DNA of 64,000 bases from Malacoraja senta (taxonomy: Eukaryota), in NCBI GenBank assembly GCA_038087875.1, contig CM075994.1:5272001-5336000 (forward strand). Direction: 5' to 3'. Each line of letters opens with the position of its first letter. Position 1 is the stretch's first letter. The position numbers and the translations under genes are program-made. Under the pieces are notes generated by a model. The model saw only the letters and a program-made list of their open reading frames with translations, was not told where the DNA came from and made no database searches. Positions 63,399 through 64,000 of the stretch are shown here, in pieces.

Positions 63399-63444
63399 CT
63401 CTGGGTGAAATCTTTTTAAGACTGACTTGCGGTGAGCACTCAGT
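63399..63444 (-). other. 46-nt exon candidate, probably 5' UTR (or a phase 0-1 coding exon TECSPQVSLKKISPR)
   Basis: Strong acceptor tgttttcttgtttgcag and consensus donor GAG|gtgagt; contains no ATG. Confidence 0.6.
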
Positions 63445-64000
63445 CTGCAAACAAGAAAACACAATATTTGTCAACTAACATTTTTATCGCTGTCATTGCA
63501 AATTAAGCTAACAATGCGATAAGCTTGGCATTGGAGCAGCCTCCGCGTTCTTTGGCGCTCAGCCAAATGATAAGCAAGTTTGAGAATAACAATCGTGACG
63601 ATAACTAGCTACACTGTTAGCGGGAAAGGCTGATTTGGACGTTATGCTTCGCGCCAAAAGGAAACGAAGTGATGTGATCTGACAGTATGTTTACATATTC
63701 TGAACGCCGACATCAGTAAAACCAATAGACTTAGATGCCTGGTGCTAATGCAACACGTTTTATTAATGAGCCCAGCCGATAGGAATCGCAACTGAATTGC
63801 AAACAGGCATTCCAAAAATAAAACAAATGCACAAAGTAATAGAGTAATTCACTGGGTCAGACAACATACATCGAGAACAGGGAGAGGTGACATTTCCGTT
63901 CGAGACCCCTCTTCAGACGGATTCTGGTTCAGCTTAAAGAAGGTTTCGGACCCGAGACGTCACATAAATTTGTTCTCCAGAGATGCTGCCTGAACACTAA

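Overview
Repeat-dense eukaryotic DNA, most likely from a cartilaginous fish (skate/ray-type repeat complement: V-domain tRNA SINEs resembling HE1, CR1/HER1-like LINEs, L1, L2, Rex1, Penelope, Gypsy, Helitron). The species assignment is inference only. Nearly all long ORFs in the supplied track come from transposons or low-complexity DNA. The unique DNA between the repeats holds the main signal: about 20 minus-strand micro-exon candidates with canonical AG/GT ends, strongly clustered at 27 nt and 36 nt (others 15, 21, 24, 30, 33 nt). All but one are open in the same phase-1 frame, and they follow a 132-nt exon that starts with a signal-peptide-like sequence and a 46-nt putative 5'-UTR exon. This suggests an unrecognised micro-exon gene of about 56 kb for a secreted protein with dibasic/furin-like sites. 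It is a by-eye model that needs RNA evidence. The introns contain multi-level TE nests, composite minisatellite-bearing Helitrons, and Penelope fold-back inserts with 14-bp target duplications and hammerhead-like motifs.
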